The translations under genes were made by a program, and so were the position numbers. This document shows, piece after piece, positions 55,124-64,000 of a DNA stretch of 64,000 nucleotides. Position 1 is the stretch's first letter. Each line of letters begins with the position of its first letter. The notes under the pieces were generated by a model, which was not told where the DNA came from, did no database searches, and worked only from the letters and a program-made list of their open reading frames with translations. The stretch is from Clostridia bacterium (GTDB lineage Bacteria > Bacillota > Clostridia > UBA1381), in assembly GCA_017621875.1 (NCBI GenBank), contig JAGASE010000003.1, forward strand, positions 5,473 through 69,472, written 5' to 3'.

Positions 55124-55384
55124 TCATGTAGTGCGTGCAAGACGCAGATATTTTTCTTTTGTAGCCATGCCTCCTCTGATGTGGCGTTCTGCCTTGTTTT
55201 TGTCGAGTACACTGTGTACTTGTGCCGCCAATACAGGATTTACGTCCTGCAGCCTTTCGGTGATGTCTTTATGTACAGTCGATTTAGATATATTAAACCT
55301 TTTAGCGGCTTTTCTGACAGTGGATTCATTTTCCAGAATGTAGTGTGCGAGTTCCAAAACCCGCTCTTCGATATAATCCTTCAT
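55124..55384 (-). CDS. spoIIID: Stage III sporulation protein D (mother-cell transcription regulator)
   Basis: The product, MKDYIEERVLELAHYILENESTVRKAAKRFNISKSTVHKDITERL, matches the SpoIIID signature almost exactly. Confidence 0.92.
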   Translation of the reverse strand: MKDYIEERVLELAHYILENESTVRKAAKRFNISKSTVHKDITERLQDVNPVLAAQVHSVLDKNKAERHIRGGMATKEKYLRLARTT

Positions 55385-55412
55385 TTTTCTCCCCCATAAT
55401 CATCGTTGTTAA

Positions 55413-55442
55413 ATTTATATGCCATGATACTGCGGATTATGA
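55413..55442 (-). promoter_or_regulatory. SigE-type promoter candidate for spoIIID
   Basis: On the minus strand: TCATAAT, a 14 nt spacer, then CATATAAAT. This resembles the SigE consensus (..ATA.. 14 nt CATACA.T), and spoIIID is SigE-dependent in Bacillus. Confidence 0.4.
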
Positions 55443-55629
55443 TTAATGTGAGGGCGGAATTGGTTAAATAGATTTGATAAAAATAACGTCTTGAGAAGAT
55501 AATTTAAAAGGCGGCATAAGGGGAATATAAGGTCAGAATATTTAATTTTTTATGAAACGGCAAAGTAAAAACACATCTGATGAAAGCAGATGTGTTTGAA
55601 TTTTGACTTCTGTCTATATTATTGTTAAA

Positions 55630-56247
55630 TTATCGTATAAAGTTAGTAGGTGTTGCAGGCTCTTTTTCCGGCACGCCGTATTCTTTCTTGCCGAGAGCAA
55701 TGCTTTTCATTAAAAATACCATATTTCTTGCAAGTGTACGCATGGTCTGCATACCTTCGGCGTCCTGACAAGCCTCGCCCGCGTTTCTGCCGTGAACGCT
55801 GTTCCAGTATTGGCTGGACGCAACAGGCATACCGCTGATGGTAAAATATTTATTAAGCTCGTCAAAGGTTGCGGAGCAGCCGCCGCGTCTTGCTACGGCA
55901 ACGCTTGCACCGACCTTCATGGTTTTATCGAAGCCTGTGCTGTAAAACAGGCGGTCTAAAAATGAAATCAAGGTGCCGTTTGCAGAAGCATAGTAAACCG
56001 GGCTTGCAATAACCATTCCGTCACATTCTTCAAGTTTGGGAGCAATCTCGTTTACGATATCATCAAATACGCATTTGCCTGAATTTTTGCAGGAATAACA
56101 CCCAATGCAGCCTCTTATGTCCTTATGTCCGACCAGTACGATTTCGGTGTCTATTCCTTCGCTTGCAAAAATCTTTTCCATTTCAGCAAGAGCGATAGCG
56201 GTGTTGCCGTCTGAATGAGGACTTCCGTTAATCATTAATACTTTCAT
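55630..56247 (-). CDS. Flavodoxin-like NADPH-dependent FMN reductase / iron-sulfur flavoprotein
   Basis: It has MKVLMINGSPHSDGNT and a CIGCYSCKNSGKC cysteine cluster. GGAGG lies upstream of ATG 56247. Confidence 0.75.
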   Translation of the reverse strand: MKVLMINGSPHSDGNTAIALAEMEKIFASEGIDTEIVLVGHKDIRGCIGCYSCKNSGKCVFDDIVNEIAPKLEECDGMVIASPVYYASANGTLISFLDRLFYSTGFDKTMKVGASVAVARRGGCSATFDELNKYFTISGMPVASSQYWNSVHGRNAGEACQDAEGMQTMRTLARNMVFLMKSIALGKKEYGVPEKEPATPTNFIR

Positions 56248-56363
56248 TTTAATTACCTCCGATGACAAATATTATTTATAGTTATTATATACCTTTTTTA
56301 CGCAGTCGTCAACGGAGATTGAGGCTTTTGGGATAAAAATGAACATATGATATTGTTTGACTG

Positions 56364-57665
56364 TTAAATATTTGCATCACCTGTTGCGGGATTATCGATG
56401 AGCGTACCGTTTTCTTCAAAGCGTGAGCCGTGGCAGGGACAGTCCCAGGTATGCTCCGCCTTATTCCATTTAAGAGCACAGCCCAGGTGCGGACAGCGTT
56501 TTGGAGTGGGTGTAAGCAGATTTTTTGTTGCCTCAAAACCGTTTGCAAAAAGTTGCGGCTTTAGCATACTTCTTTGGGGCGAAAATACCTCGGCAAAGTC
56601 GTTTGTTTTATCCTGCACCATATCTGAAAGTATCATGGCAGCTGCCATTGATGAGGTTATGCCCCATTTATTAAAGCCCGACGCCACATACATATTCGGT
56701 GTGTTTTTTGAATACTGTCCGATATATGGGATTTCGTCAAGGCTCATGCAGTCCTGTGTTGCCCATTGGTACTTGAGCTGTGATGAGGGATAATATTTTT
56801 CGGCAAAGCTTACGATTTCACGCCATGCACTGCCTTGCTTTCCTGTCCGGTGTCCGCCTCCACCGATAAACAAAAGCTTATCGTGGTTTCTAAAGGACAT
56901 TCCATTGCTTGCCTCATCGACGTACATTCCGTTTATATCAGCGGCGTTTTCAAATGCTGCAACATAGGAGCGGTGCTGATATAGCTTTAAAAAATAGCTG
57001 CCGTGCTTATTGATAAACGGAAAATGTGTCGCAACAATAATTTTATCCGCAAAAATTTTGCCGCAGTCGGTGATTGCGGCGTTAGGTGTTAGCTCGCGAA
57101 TCGGAGTATTTTCATATATATTAAGCCCTTTTGCAATTTCGGATAAAAATTTGAGCGGATGAAACTGTGCCTGATTTTTGAACCGTATTGCTCCCTTTGT
57201 GCGAAACGGAAGCTCGGTTTCCTCCGCAAAATCGGCGTCAAAGCCGAGGCTGTTAACGGCAGCGACCTCCGCCTCAATCTTTGCCCTGTCAATTAGGGAA
57301 TAGGTGTAGGCGTCCTTTTTTTCAAAATTGCAGTCGATGCTTTGGCACAGCTTTTCGTATTCCGCCAAGGCTTTTTGATTTGCGGCTAAATACATATGAG
57401 CCTTCTCTTTTCCGCAGTTGCGAATGAGCTTTTCATAGATAAGTCCGTGCTGCGAAGTGATTTTCGCGGTGGTGTTTTTTGTTATACCTCCGGCGATTGT
57501 GCTTGCCTCGCAGAGAATATAATCAATTCCCGACTGCTGAAGATAATAAGCACACAATATGCCGCAAATACCTCCGCCTATTATCAGGACGCCGGTTTTT
57601 TCATCGTTGCATAAAGCTTTAAATTCCGGCAGATTTGCATTGGCTGTCCATACCGATTCTTTCAT
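56364..57665 (-). CDS. FAD-dependent oxidoreductase fused to a C-terminal Rieske [2Fe-2S] domain
   Basis: It has the GVLIIGGGICGILCAY dinucleotide motif. The C-terminal CPHLGC...CPCHGS is a Rieske motif. The start is placed at ATG 57665, which has GGGAGGA upstream. Confidence 0.75.
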   Translation of the reverse strand: MKESVWTANANLPEFKALCNDEKTGVLIIGGGICGILCAYYLQQSGIDYILCEASTIAGGITKNTTAKITSQHGLIYEKLIRNCGKEKAHMYLAANQKALAEYEKLCQSIDCNFEKKDAYTYSLIDRAKIEAEVAAVNSLGFDADFAEETELPFRTKGAIRFKNQAQFHPLKFLSEIAKGLNIYENTPIRELTPNAAITDCGKIFADKIIVATHFPFINKHGSYFLKLYQHRSYVAAFENAADINGMYVDEASNGMSFRNHDKLLFIGGGGHRTGKQGSAWREIVSFAEKYYPSSQLKYQWATQDCMSLDEIPYIGQYSKNTPNMYVASGFNKWGITSSMAAAMILSDMVQDKTNDFAEVFSPQRSMLKPQLFANGFEATKNLLTPTPKRCPHLGCALKWNKAEHTWDCPCHGSRFEENGTLIDNPATGDANI

Positions 57666-57809
57666 AGCATATCCTCCCAAATATAATTTTTTAATAGTAT
57701 GCACCGGTTTTATTTTCGTAATCAGAAAAAGCGACAGATAAAATTAAATTTTTACATAAAAAAACCGAGAGCATAGCTCTCGGTTATGAAAAGTCAATTA
57801 TACGCAAAA

Positions 57810-58283
57810 TCAAAAAGATATTCCTGATTTTTTTATTGCTGTGTAAAGAATTGTACCCAAAATCCCACAGGAAAGTATTTCTCCGATTCCGACTGTCAGC
57901 ATAAAATACGGGATTCCGCCCTCAAAGCCGTAGGCATAGGAAAGCACGAACGGAATTATAAGGGTGTTGGACAAAATCGGCGGGAGTGTTGCCAAAATCG
58001 GGTATGTTTTTAATTTTGCGGTAAAAAATGCACCGATTAATGTGGCAAGACTGCCGAAAATCACGTCCCAGACAACGGCACCTGCGAGAATGTTGGACAA
58101 CACGCAGCCTATAAACAGTCCGGGAACGGCGGCAGGCGTAAAGCAGGGAAGAATACAGAGTGCTTCGGAAAAGCGAACCTGTATCACGCCGCTGTCCAGT
58201 CCAAACAGTCTTGAAACCATGGTCAGAATTACGTACAGTGCTGCAATAATTGCAGCTTGGGTGAGTTGTTTTGTGTTTTTCAT
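57810..58283 (-). CDS. queT: Queuosine-precursor transporter QueT (ECF S-component)
   Basis: It has about 5 TM segments. The QueT-like TQAAIIAALYVILT...VQVRFSEAL motif is present. A preQ1-type riboswitch lies immediately upstream. Confidence 0.7.
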   Translation of the reverse strand: MKNTKQLTQAAIIAALYVILTMVSRLFGLDSGVIQVRFSEALCILPCFTPAAVPGLFIGCVLSNILAGAVVWDVIFGSLATLIGAFFTAKLKTYPILATLPPILSNTLIIPFVLSYAYGFEGGIPYFMLTVGIGEILSCGILGTILYTAIKKSGISF

Positions 58284-58292
58284 ATTAAATTT

Positions 58293-58337
58293 CTCCTTTA
58301 GTTTTGATTTAAGTGAGGAAGGTTTCGAACTCACTGC
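58293..58337 (-). promoter_or_regulatory. preQ1-I riboswitch (translational, SD-sequestering)
   Basis: The minus strand reads GCAGUGAG-UUC-GAAACCUUC-CUCACU-UAAAUCAAAACUAAAGGAG. This gives a 5-6 bp P1, UUC after the P1 5' strand and an A-rich tail. The loop CCUU is able to pair with AAGG of the SD, as in known class I preQ1 aptamers. Confidence 0.65.
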
Positions 58338-58342
58338 ATTAA

Positions 58343-58371
58343 ATAATATCACAAAAAAGAGAAAAATGCAA
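58343..58371 (-). promoter_or_regulatory. Sigma-70 promoter for the preQ1 riboswitch and queT
   Basis: On the minus strand: TTGCAT, a 17 nt spacer, then TATTAT. It lies directly after the bioY stop. Confidence 0.5.
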
Positions 58372-58908
58372 TCATTTTATGAATTTTTCTGCCTTTTTTG
58401 AACATAGTGTTGCCAAAAAAACTTTTATTATGTCGGGGATAATAAAAGGAAGTACGCACGAGGAAAGTACTGCACCCAGACTTTTCGGTGCGGAGAGGTA
58501 AACTGCCATGTACCATGCCGTACCAAAGGCATAGCACACCAAAAGACCTGCCGTCATGGAAATAAGCATAACCGGCAGTTTCCTTCCAAAGCGGCTGCAG
58601 AAAAAGCCGGGAATTGCCGCAAGTGGTATAAAGCCTAACGTATAACCGCCTGTTGCACCCAATAAAACCGCTGCACCCGATTTAAAGCCCGAAAAAACGG
58701 GAAGACCGATAATTCCCAAAAGTATGTATATGCAAACAGCTGCCGCACCGCGTTTTGCACCCAAAAGTACGCCACACAAGGAAACTGCAAAGGTTTGCAT
58801 TGTAAAAGGCACTGCGGCAGGAATGCAAATCCATGCGGATACACAGATAAGTGCTGCAAAAAATGCCGGAAATACCGCGGCTTTTGATGATAATGCTTTT
58901 TTCTTCAT
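58372..58908 (-). CDS. bioY: Biotin transporter BioY (ECF S-component)
   Basis: It has 6 TM segments and a BioY-like TMQTFAV.L.G.LLG...G and GATGGYTLGF signature. Confidence 0.8.
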   Translation of the reverse strand: MKKKALSSKAAVFPAFFAALICVSAWICIPAAVPFTMQTFAVSLCGVLLGAKRGAAAVCIYILLGIIGLPVFSGFKSGAAVLLGATGGYTLGFIPLAAIPGFFCSRFGRKLPVMLISMTAGLLVCYAFGTAWYMAVYLSAPKSLGAVLSSCVLPFIIPDIIKVFLATLCSKKAEKFIK

Positions 58909-58962
58909 ATATAATAATCTCCGTTTGATTTATTTTGTGTAAAAACCGACAGTTTTATTTTA

Positions 58963-58979
58963 ACATCAATATATTGTGT
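58963..58979. promoter_or_regulatory. NrdR-box-like palindrome (distal)
   Basis: ACATCAATATATTGTGT. It is far from the nrdD promoter and adjacent to the BirA box. Confidence 0.35.
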
Positions 58980-59009
58980 TGTCAACCTATTTTTTAAAAG
59001 GGTTGACAA
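58979..59009. promoter_or_regulatory. BirA operator candidate upstream of bioY
   Basis: TTGTCAACC, a 13 nt spacer, then GGTTGACAA. This is a perfect 9-bp inverted repeat matching the Firmicute BirA box pattern TGT.AACC-N-GGTT.ACA. Confidence 0.65.
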
Positions 59010-59082
59010 TGCTGCAAACGCATAGAATGCAGACCTTAGCGGACTTTGTGAAAAAAAACGTTAAATGAAACATAATTGTAAC

Positions 59083-59098
59083 ACACAATATATAGAAA
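59083..59098. promoter_or_regulatory. NrdR box candidate just upstream of the nrdD -35
   Basis: ACACAATATATAGAAA is a left half-site and centre match to the consensus acaC.AtATaT.Gtgt. Confidence 0.45.
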
Positions 59099-59114
59099 AA
59101 TTTTAAAATAATGC

Positions 59115-59142
59115 TTGCATTTATAACAAGATGTGGTATAAT
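59115..59142 (+). promoter_or_regulatory. Sigma-70 promoter for nrdDG
   Basis: TTGCAT, a 16 nt spacer, then TATAAT, with an upstream TG. Confidence 0.55.
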
Positions 59143-59248
59143 AAGAATTGCCCTTACATAAGACATCAAATTATTGACATATATTGGCAAATGAAAAATG
59201 ATAAAAAGAAAGAGGAAAGGATTGCAAAGAAATAATTCGTAAGGCTAT

Positions 59249-59264
59249 ACACAATATATAGTGT
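59249..59264. promoter_or_regulatory. NrdR box in the nrdD 5' UTR
   Basis: ACACAATATATAGTGT is a full-length match to the NrdR box consensus. Confidence 0.6.
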
Positions 59265-59293
59265 GGGAATTATTTCGGGAATGGTAGAAAAAA

Positions 59294-61471
59294 ATGAAGA
59301 TTATTAAAAGAAACGGGACTGAGGTTATCTTTGATTTAAGCAAGATTAAAACCGCTATCAAAAAAGCGAATGACGGAGTTTTGGAAAGCGAGAGAATGAC
59401 TGCCGAGCAGATTGAGCTGATTTCAGAAAACGTGGCGAATGCCTGTGCAAACGTTAAGAGATCGCTGAATGTGGAAGAAATTCAGGATATGGTGGAGGAC
59501 CAAATCATGAATCAGAAGGCGTTTTCTGTAGCACGTAACTACATTACATATCGTTATGTGCGTTCCTTGGTTCGTAAGTCTAACACAACCGATGAACAGA
59601 TTTTGTCGCTCATCGAGTGCAATAATGAAGAGGTAAAGCAGGAAAATTCAAATAAAAATCCTACAGTAAACAGCGTTCAGCGTGATTACATGGCAGGAGA
59701 GGTGAGTAAGGATATCACAAAAAGACTGCTGCTTCCGCAGGAGGTTGTTGAAGCACACGAGGACGGACGTATTCACTTCCACGATGCGGACTATTTTGCA
59801 CAGCATATGCATAACTGCGACCTTGTAAACCTTGAGGATATGCTGCAGAACGGAACTGTTATTTCGGGAACGATGATTGAAACTCCGCACAGCTTCTCAA
59901 CCGCGTGCAACATTTCAACGCAGATTATCGCACAGGTGGCGTCCAGCCAGTACGGCGGACAGAGTATTTCGCTTACCCATCTTGCACCGTTTGTTGATGT
60001 AAGCCGAAGGAAAATCCGCAAGGACGTTGAAAGCGAAATTGAGGCACTCGGAGCAACTGCGTCGGAGGAGTCGATTTCGGATATCGTTGAAAAGCGTCTT
60101 CGTGAGGAGATTAAAAAGGGCTGCCAGATGATACAATATCAGGTGGTTACTCTTATGACAACGAACGGACAGGCACCGTTTGTAACGGTATTTATGTATT
60201 TGAACGAGGCGAAGGACGAAAAGACAAAGCACGACCTTGCAATGATTATCGAGGAAATGCTGAATCAACGTATTGTCGGCGTAAAAAATGAATCCGGTGT
60301 GTGGATTACACCTGCATTCCCTAAGCTTATTTATGTTCTTGAAGAGGACAATATTCACGAGGATTCAAAGTATTACTATCTCACAAAGCTTGCAGCAAAG
60401 TGTACGGCAAAGCGTATGGTTCCTGACTATATCTCGGAGAAAATGATGCTGAAGCTCAAGATAGACAAAAACGGCGAGGGACACTGCTACACCTGTATGG
60501 GCTGCCGCTCATTCCTCACACCGTATGTGGACGAAGAAGGAAAGCCGAAATATTACGGACGCTTTAATCAGGGCGTTGTAACGATAAACCTTGTGGATAT
60601 AGCACTTTCGTCGGGCGGAGACAGGGATAAGTTCTGGCAGATATTTGATGAAAGACTGGAAATCTGCTATACCGCGTTGATGTGCCGCCACAACCGCTTA
60701 AAGGGTACTCTTTCGGACGCTGCTCCGATTTTGTGGCAGTACGGAGCGTTGGCACGTCTGGAAAAGGGCGAGACCATTGACAAGCTGCTTTACGGCGGAT
60801 ATTCAACAATTTCTCTCGGCTATGCCGGACTTTATGAGTGCGTGAAGTATATGACGGGAAAATCTCATACCGAGCCTACCGCAACGCCGTTTGCACTGGA
60901 GGTTATGCAGTACCTGAATGCTGCCACCAAGAAGTGGAAGGAAAAGCACAATATTGATTTCAGCCTGTACGGAACTCCGCTTGAAAGCACAACATATAAG
61001 TTTGCGAAGTGCCTGCAGATGCGTTTCGGTATAGTTCCGGGCGTTACCGACAAGAATTATATCACAAATAGCTATCATGTTCATGTAACCGAGGAAATTG
61101 ACGCATTTGAAAAGCTTGCGTTTGAGTCACAGTTCCAGCAGCTGTCGCCGGGCGGTGCTATCAGCTATGTTGAAGTGCCGAATATGCAGAATAACCTTGA
61201 GGCAGTTTTAGATGTTATGAAGTTTATTTATGACAATATTATGTATGCTGAGCTTAACACAAAGTCGGATTATTGTCAGGTTTGCGGCTTTGACGGCGAA
61301 ATTCAAATTGGCGAGGACGAGGACGGAAAGCTTATCTGGACCTGTCCGAAATGCGGTAACACTGATGAAAGCAAGCTGAATGTTGCAAGAAGAACCTGCG
61401 GATATATAGGAACGCAGTTCTGGAATCAGGGAAGAACACAGGAAATAAAGGAAAGGGTTCTGCATCTGTAA
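59294..61471 (+). CDS. nrdD: Anaerobic ribonucleoside-triphosphate reductase (class III)
   Basis: It has an N-terminal ATP-cone, a C-terminal Zn site (CQVCG...CPKCG) and the glycyl-radical motif RRTCGYIG. Confidence 0.95.
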   Translation: MKIIKRNGTEVIFDLSKIKTAIKKANDGVLESERMTAEQIELISENVANACANVKRSLNVEEIQDMVEDQIMNQKAFSVARNYITYRYVRSLVRKSNTTDEQILSLIECNNEEVKQENSNKNPTVNSVQRDYMAGEVSKDITKRLLLPQEVVEAHEDGRIHFHDADYFAQHMHNCDLVNLEDMLQNGTVISGTMIETPHSFSTACNISTQIIAQVASSQYGGQSISLTHLAPFVDVSRRKIRKDVESEIEALGATASEESISDIVEKRLREEIKKGCQMIQYQVVTLMTTNGQAPFVTVFMYLNEAKDEKTKHDLAMIIEEMLNQRIVGVKNESGVWITPAFPKLIYVLEEDNIHEDSKYYYLTKLAAKCTAKRMVPDYISEKMMLKLKIDKNGEGHCYTCMGCRSFLTPYVDEEGKPKYYGRFNQGVVTINLVDIALSSGGDRDKFWQIFDERLEICYTALMCRHNRLKGTLSDAAPILWQYGALARLEKGETIDKLLYGGYSTISLGYAGLYECVKYMTGKSHTEPTATPFALEVMQYLNAATKKWKEKHNIDFSLYGTPLESTTYKFAKCLQMRFGIVPGVTDKNYITNSYHVHVTEEIDAFEKLAFESQFQQLSPGGAISYVEVPNMQNNLEAVLDVMKFIYDNIMYAELNTKSDYCQVCGFDGEIQIGEDEDGKLIWTCPKCGNTDESKLNVARRTCGYIGTQFWNQGRTQEIKERVLHL

Positions 61472-61542
61472 GAAATTTCAAATTGCCGCTTTTAAAAAAG
61501 GCGGCAATTTAAACGTAAAAAGCAGAGGGCGAAGATAGAAAA

Positions 61543-62064
61543 ATGAATTATTGCGGTATAAAAAAATGCGATATTGCCAACGGCATCGGCGTTCGGGTTA
61601 CGCTGTTTGTGTCGGGCTGCACACACCACTGCAAGGGCTGTTTTCAGCCTGAAACGTGGGATTTTGACTATGGCGAGGAATTTACCGAGGAAACCGAAAC
61701 TGAGCTTATTGAGGCACTCTCGCCGTCCTATATTCACGGTCTTACGCTTCTTGGCGGCGAGCCTTTTGAGCCGGACAATCAACGCAAGCTTATCGGCTTT
61801 TTAAAGAAGGTAAAAGAGACATATCCCCAAAAGACAATATGGTGCTATACGGGATATCTGCTTGATGAGGAGCTTTTAAAAAAGTCGCGTGCAAGATGCG
61901 AGGTAACGGACGAGATGCTGGGACTTATTGACGTTTTGGTGGACGGAGAATTTGTACTGGAAAAGAAAAATATCAGCCTGCAGTTTTGCGGTTCGGAAAA
62001 TCAGCGATTGATTGATATGAACGAAACAAGAAAGGCAGGAAGGATAGTGCTGTGGCGAGAATAG
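61543..62064 (+). CDS. nrdG: Anaerobic RNR activating protein (radical SAM)
   Basis: It has the GCTHHCKGCFQPETW (CxxxCxxC) motif and lies directly downstream of nrdD. Confidence 0.9.
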   Translation: MNYCGIKKCDIANGIGVRVTLFVSGCTHHCKGCFQPETWDFDYGEEFTEETETELIEALSPSYIHGLTLLGGEPFEPDNQRKLIGFLKKVKETYPQKTIWCYTGYLLDEELLKKSRARCEVTDEMLGLIDVLVDGEFVLEKKNISLQFCGSENQRLIDMNETRKAGRIVLWRE

Positions 62065-62091
62065 TTTTCGCCAAGGGAAAGGGAATAGATT

Positions 62092-62526
62092 ATGAAGATT
62101 GAAATAAAGAAATTGAGGGAAAATGCAACCATACCTACAAGAGGCTCGCAGCAGGCGGCAGGCTATGACCTTTATGCCGCAATTGACGATGCGGTTACGA
62201 TAAAGCCGCATACCACCGAAAAAATAGGTACGGGACTGGCAATCGCTGTGCCGGACGGCTATTTCGGTGCGATTTTTGCACGCAGCGGTCTTGCGGCAAA
62301 GCAGGGACTTCGCCCGGCAAACTGCGTGGGTGTTGCGGACAGCGATTATCGCGGCGAATATATCGTGGCACTGCATAACGATACCGACGAAGACCGTACA
62401 ATAGAGCCGAATGAGCGTATTGCACAGCTGGTTGTAATGCCGTATCTTTCGGTGGAATTTGAGGAAACCGATACCTTGAGCGAAACTGCACGCGGAGCAG
62501 GCGGCTTTGGCAGTACGGGAAAATAA
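62092..62526 (+). CDS. dut: dUTP diphosphatase
   Basis: It has AAGYDL, ARSGLA, VADSDYRGE and GAGGFGSTG motifs. Confidence 0.92.
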   Translation: MKIEIKKLRENATIPTRGSQQAAGYDLYAAIDDAVTIKPHTTEKIGTGLAIAVPDGYFGAIFARSGLAAKQGLRPANCVGVADSDYRGEYIVALHNDTDEDRTIEPNERIAQLVVMPYLSVEFEETDTLSETARGAGGFGSTGK

Positions 62527-62611
62527 AGACGGGATTTTAAGAGAAAAGAAATACTGCAAAAAATAAGGACAGCAGGGCTGAGTAAGCCCGGCTGTCCTTT
62601 TGGGTTTTACA

Positions 62612-63070
62612 TTAATATCTGCTGTAAAGCCAGATAAAAAAATTAAGATAAGCCGCAAAGGTTGCCCATAACAAATATGGTATCTGAAGAAATGCGGCTA
62701 TTTTGTTGATTTTGTAAAACTCAACAATCATGGCGATAATCAGCACCCACAAAAGCACAAGCCAGATAAGTGCAAAAAGATACGCCTGCATATTAAAGAA
62801 AATTATCGGCCACAGGAAGTTTACAAAAAGCTGCAGCCAGTAAATAAACGGTACACGGCTCTCGGTTTTGTGAACAATTCCGCTGCTTATACCCATGAGG
62901 ATATACAAAATGCTCCATACTATGGGAAAAACAATAGGCGGCGGAGCAAGTGCAGGCTTTATGACTTCATCGTATACGCTGAAGTTTCCCATAACGGCAA
63001 GTGCAGAAAGACCACCCACAGCCAGTGCGATAAGTATTTGAATTATATATGATTTGTATTTTGAAAACAT
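62612..63070 (-). CDS. tspO: TspO/MBR-family tryptophan-rich sensory protein
   Basis: It has 5 TM segments and is Trp-rich (FPIVWSILYILMG, WLQLFVNFLWPIIFF, PYLLWATFAAYLN). The start is placed at ATG 63070, which has GAGGTG upstream. Confidence 0.8.
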   Translation of the reverse strand: MFSKYKSYIIQILIALAVGGLSALAVMGNFSVYDEVIKPALAPPPIVFPIVWSILYILMGISSGIVHKTESRVPFIYWLQLFVNFLWPIIFFNMQAYLFALIWLVLLWVLIIAMIVEFYKINKIAAFLQIPYLLWATFAAYLNFFIWLYSRY

Positions 63071-63254
63071 GAATGTCACCTCACACGTTAGTATATGATC
63101 TGATATAAAAAAATTATGCAGATATTGTAAAAATATTCCAATTTATCTTCAAAAATGCATATCTTGTGGATAAAAAAATAAAAAAAGCAAAAAAACTACA
63201 ATATTTATTAAGAAAAGACTTGAAATTTGTATATAGGTATGCTATAATATAAAT

Positions 63255-63328
63255 GTAGAAGGAAATTACTTTCTACCCTTTTATCCTATACATATCAAGC
63301 CTAAAAGCATCGAGCCTCGATGCTTTTT
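63255..63328 (+). ncRNA. Orphan promoter-hairpin-terminator unit; candidate small RNA
   Basis: TTGAAA (63220-63225), a 17 nt spacer and TATAAT (63243-63248) are present. A hairpin GTAGAA...TTCTAC (63255-63276) follows, then an intrinsic terminator GCATCG-AGCCT-CGATGC plus T5 (63307-63328). No ORF with an RBS is present. Confidence 0.35.
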
Positions 63329-63595
63329 CGTTTTGTATGCCGAAAATAAAAAAACTGCCGCATAAGGCACCTGTTCTTAAGGACAGTTAAAAGGCAGAAA
63401 CGGAATTAATCGTTTCTGCCTTTTTCGTAGGGTTCGGCGGTTTCCGACGAATCGCATCGCCCCCTACGATTATTTTGGATAACTATTCTTTTCGGTCTTT
63501 TGCACATATCGTTATAAAATATGCTCTGGTGTTGAATAATCATACCCTTTTAATCTTGTTGGGTTTCGTTTTGGTAGATTCATAATATAAACAAC

Positions 63596-63796
63596 CTATT
63601 TTAAATATTTTTCGTTTGACAATCCTAATATATAATCTGTGGAAACGTTATAGTATTTAGCTATTTTTATCAGCATATCTATTGGGAGTTGTCTTTGCCC
63701 ATTCTCATATTGTGAATATGTGTTTTGCTTAATATGCAAATATTCGGCAATTTCTTTCTGCTTTAAATCATTATCTTCTCGTAAATCTTTTAATCT
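63596..63796 (-). CDS. XRE-family HTH transcriptional regulator (66 aa)
   Basis: It has LKQKEIAEYLHIKQNTYSQYENG. AAGGAGA lies upstream of ATG 63796. A divergent TTGACT-17-TATTAT promoter is embedded in an inverted repeat (TCACAATGAGAT / ATCTCAAATTGTGA) at about 63835-63875. Confidence 0.8.
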   Translation of the reverse strand, partial: RLKDLREDNDLKQKEIAEYLHIKQNTYSQYENGQRQLPIDMLIKIAKYYNVSTDYILGLSNEKYLK

Positions 63797-64000
63797 CATA
63801 ACACATTCTCCTTGCCAAAATATTATATGAAATCTCACAATGAGATATTGACTTTTATCTCAAATTGTGATATTATATTGCTATAATATTAGGTAGTGTA
63901 AAGTTAAAATGAAAGAATGGCATAACAATTTCACAAAATATCGCAGATTTTCGCCTGAAAGCTTGTAAATGCTCGACTGCAATTTGTCAAGGGTAAAATA

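Noticed and set aside
61876-62658. 260-aa minus-strand ORF overlapping nrdG and dut.
   Set aside because: It is antisense to two well-supported genes and has Cys/Arg-rich nonsense composition.

Overview
This 64 kb window appears to come from a spore-forming anaerobic Firmicute. The markers are sigG, spoIIID, pyruvate:ferredoxin oxidoreductase, HydG, anaerobic RNR nrdDG, comEC-holA and yabE-rsmA. A Clostridia / Oscillospiraceae-like origin is a guess made from gene content only. About 85% of the window is ordinary core chromosome: cell envelope, translation and rRNA methylation, central carbon metabolism, a sugar-utilisation cluster, ECF S-components with their riboswitch and operators, and a five-tRNA operon.

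There are four AT-rich accessory patches.
1. 4.8-7.8 kb holds a truncated ugd, decayed phage tail-fibre genes, and an attR-like 3' fragment of tRNA-Lys.
2. 24.7-26.0 kb holds a Cys-rich ORF, an XRE gene and a hidden small-ORF/antisense cassette.
3. 27.1-29.1 kb holds an RHH gene, a Zn-ribbon ORF, a 9-mer repeat array, about 700 nt without ORFs, and an integrase remnant abutting the intact tRNA-Lys.
4. 31.3-34.1 kb holds an XRE gene, a secreted SH3b protein and a second small-ORF/antisense cassette.

The most interesting signal is not in the ORF track. Two paralogous 22-codon hydrophobic ORFs (MDNEYIISFMIILLLLVISIKK and MENEYIIYFMIVLLLLVITIKK) each face a consensus sigma-70 promoter on the opposite strand across a shared hairpin. 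This is the layout of a type I toxin-antitoxin module.

The second notable point is that the attL-like and attR-like ends of a tRNA-Lys-integrating element lie 21 kb apart in inverted orientation. Core genes (gap, rsmA, hydG and others) lie between them.

All calls rest on reading the sequence and on remembered family motifs. No searches were run.
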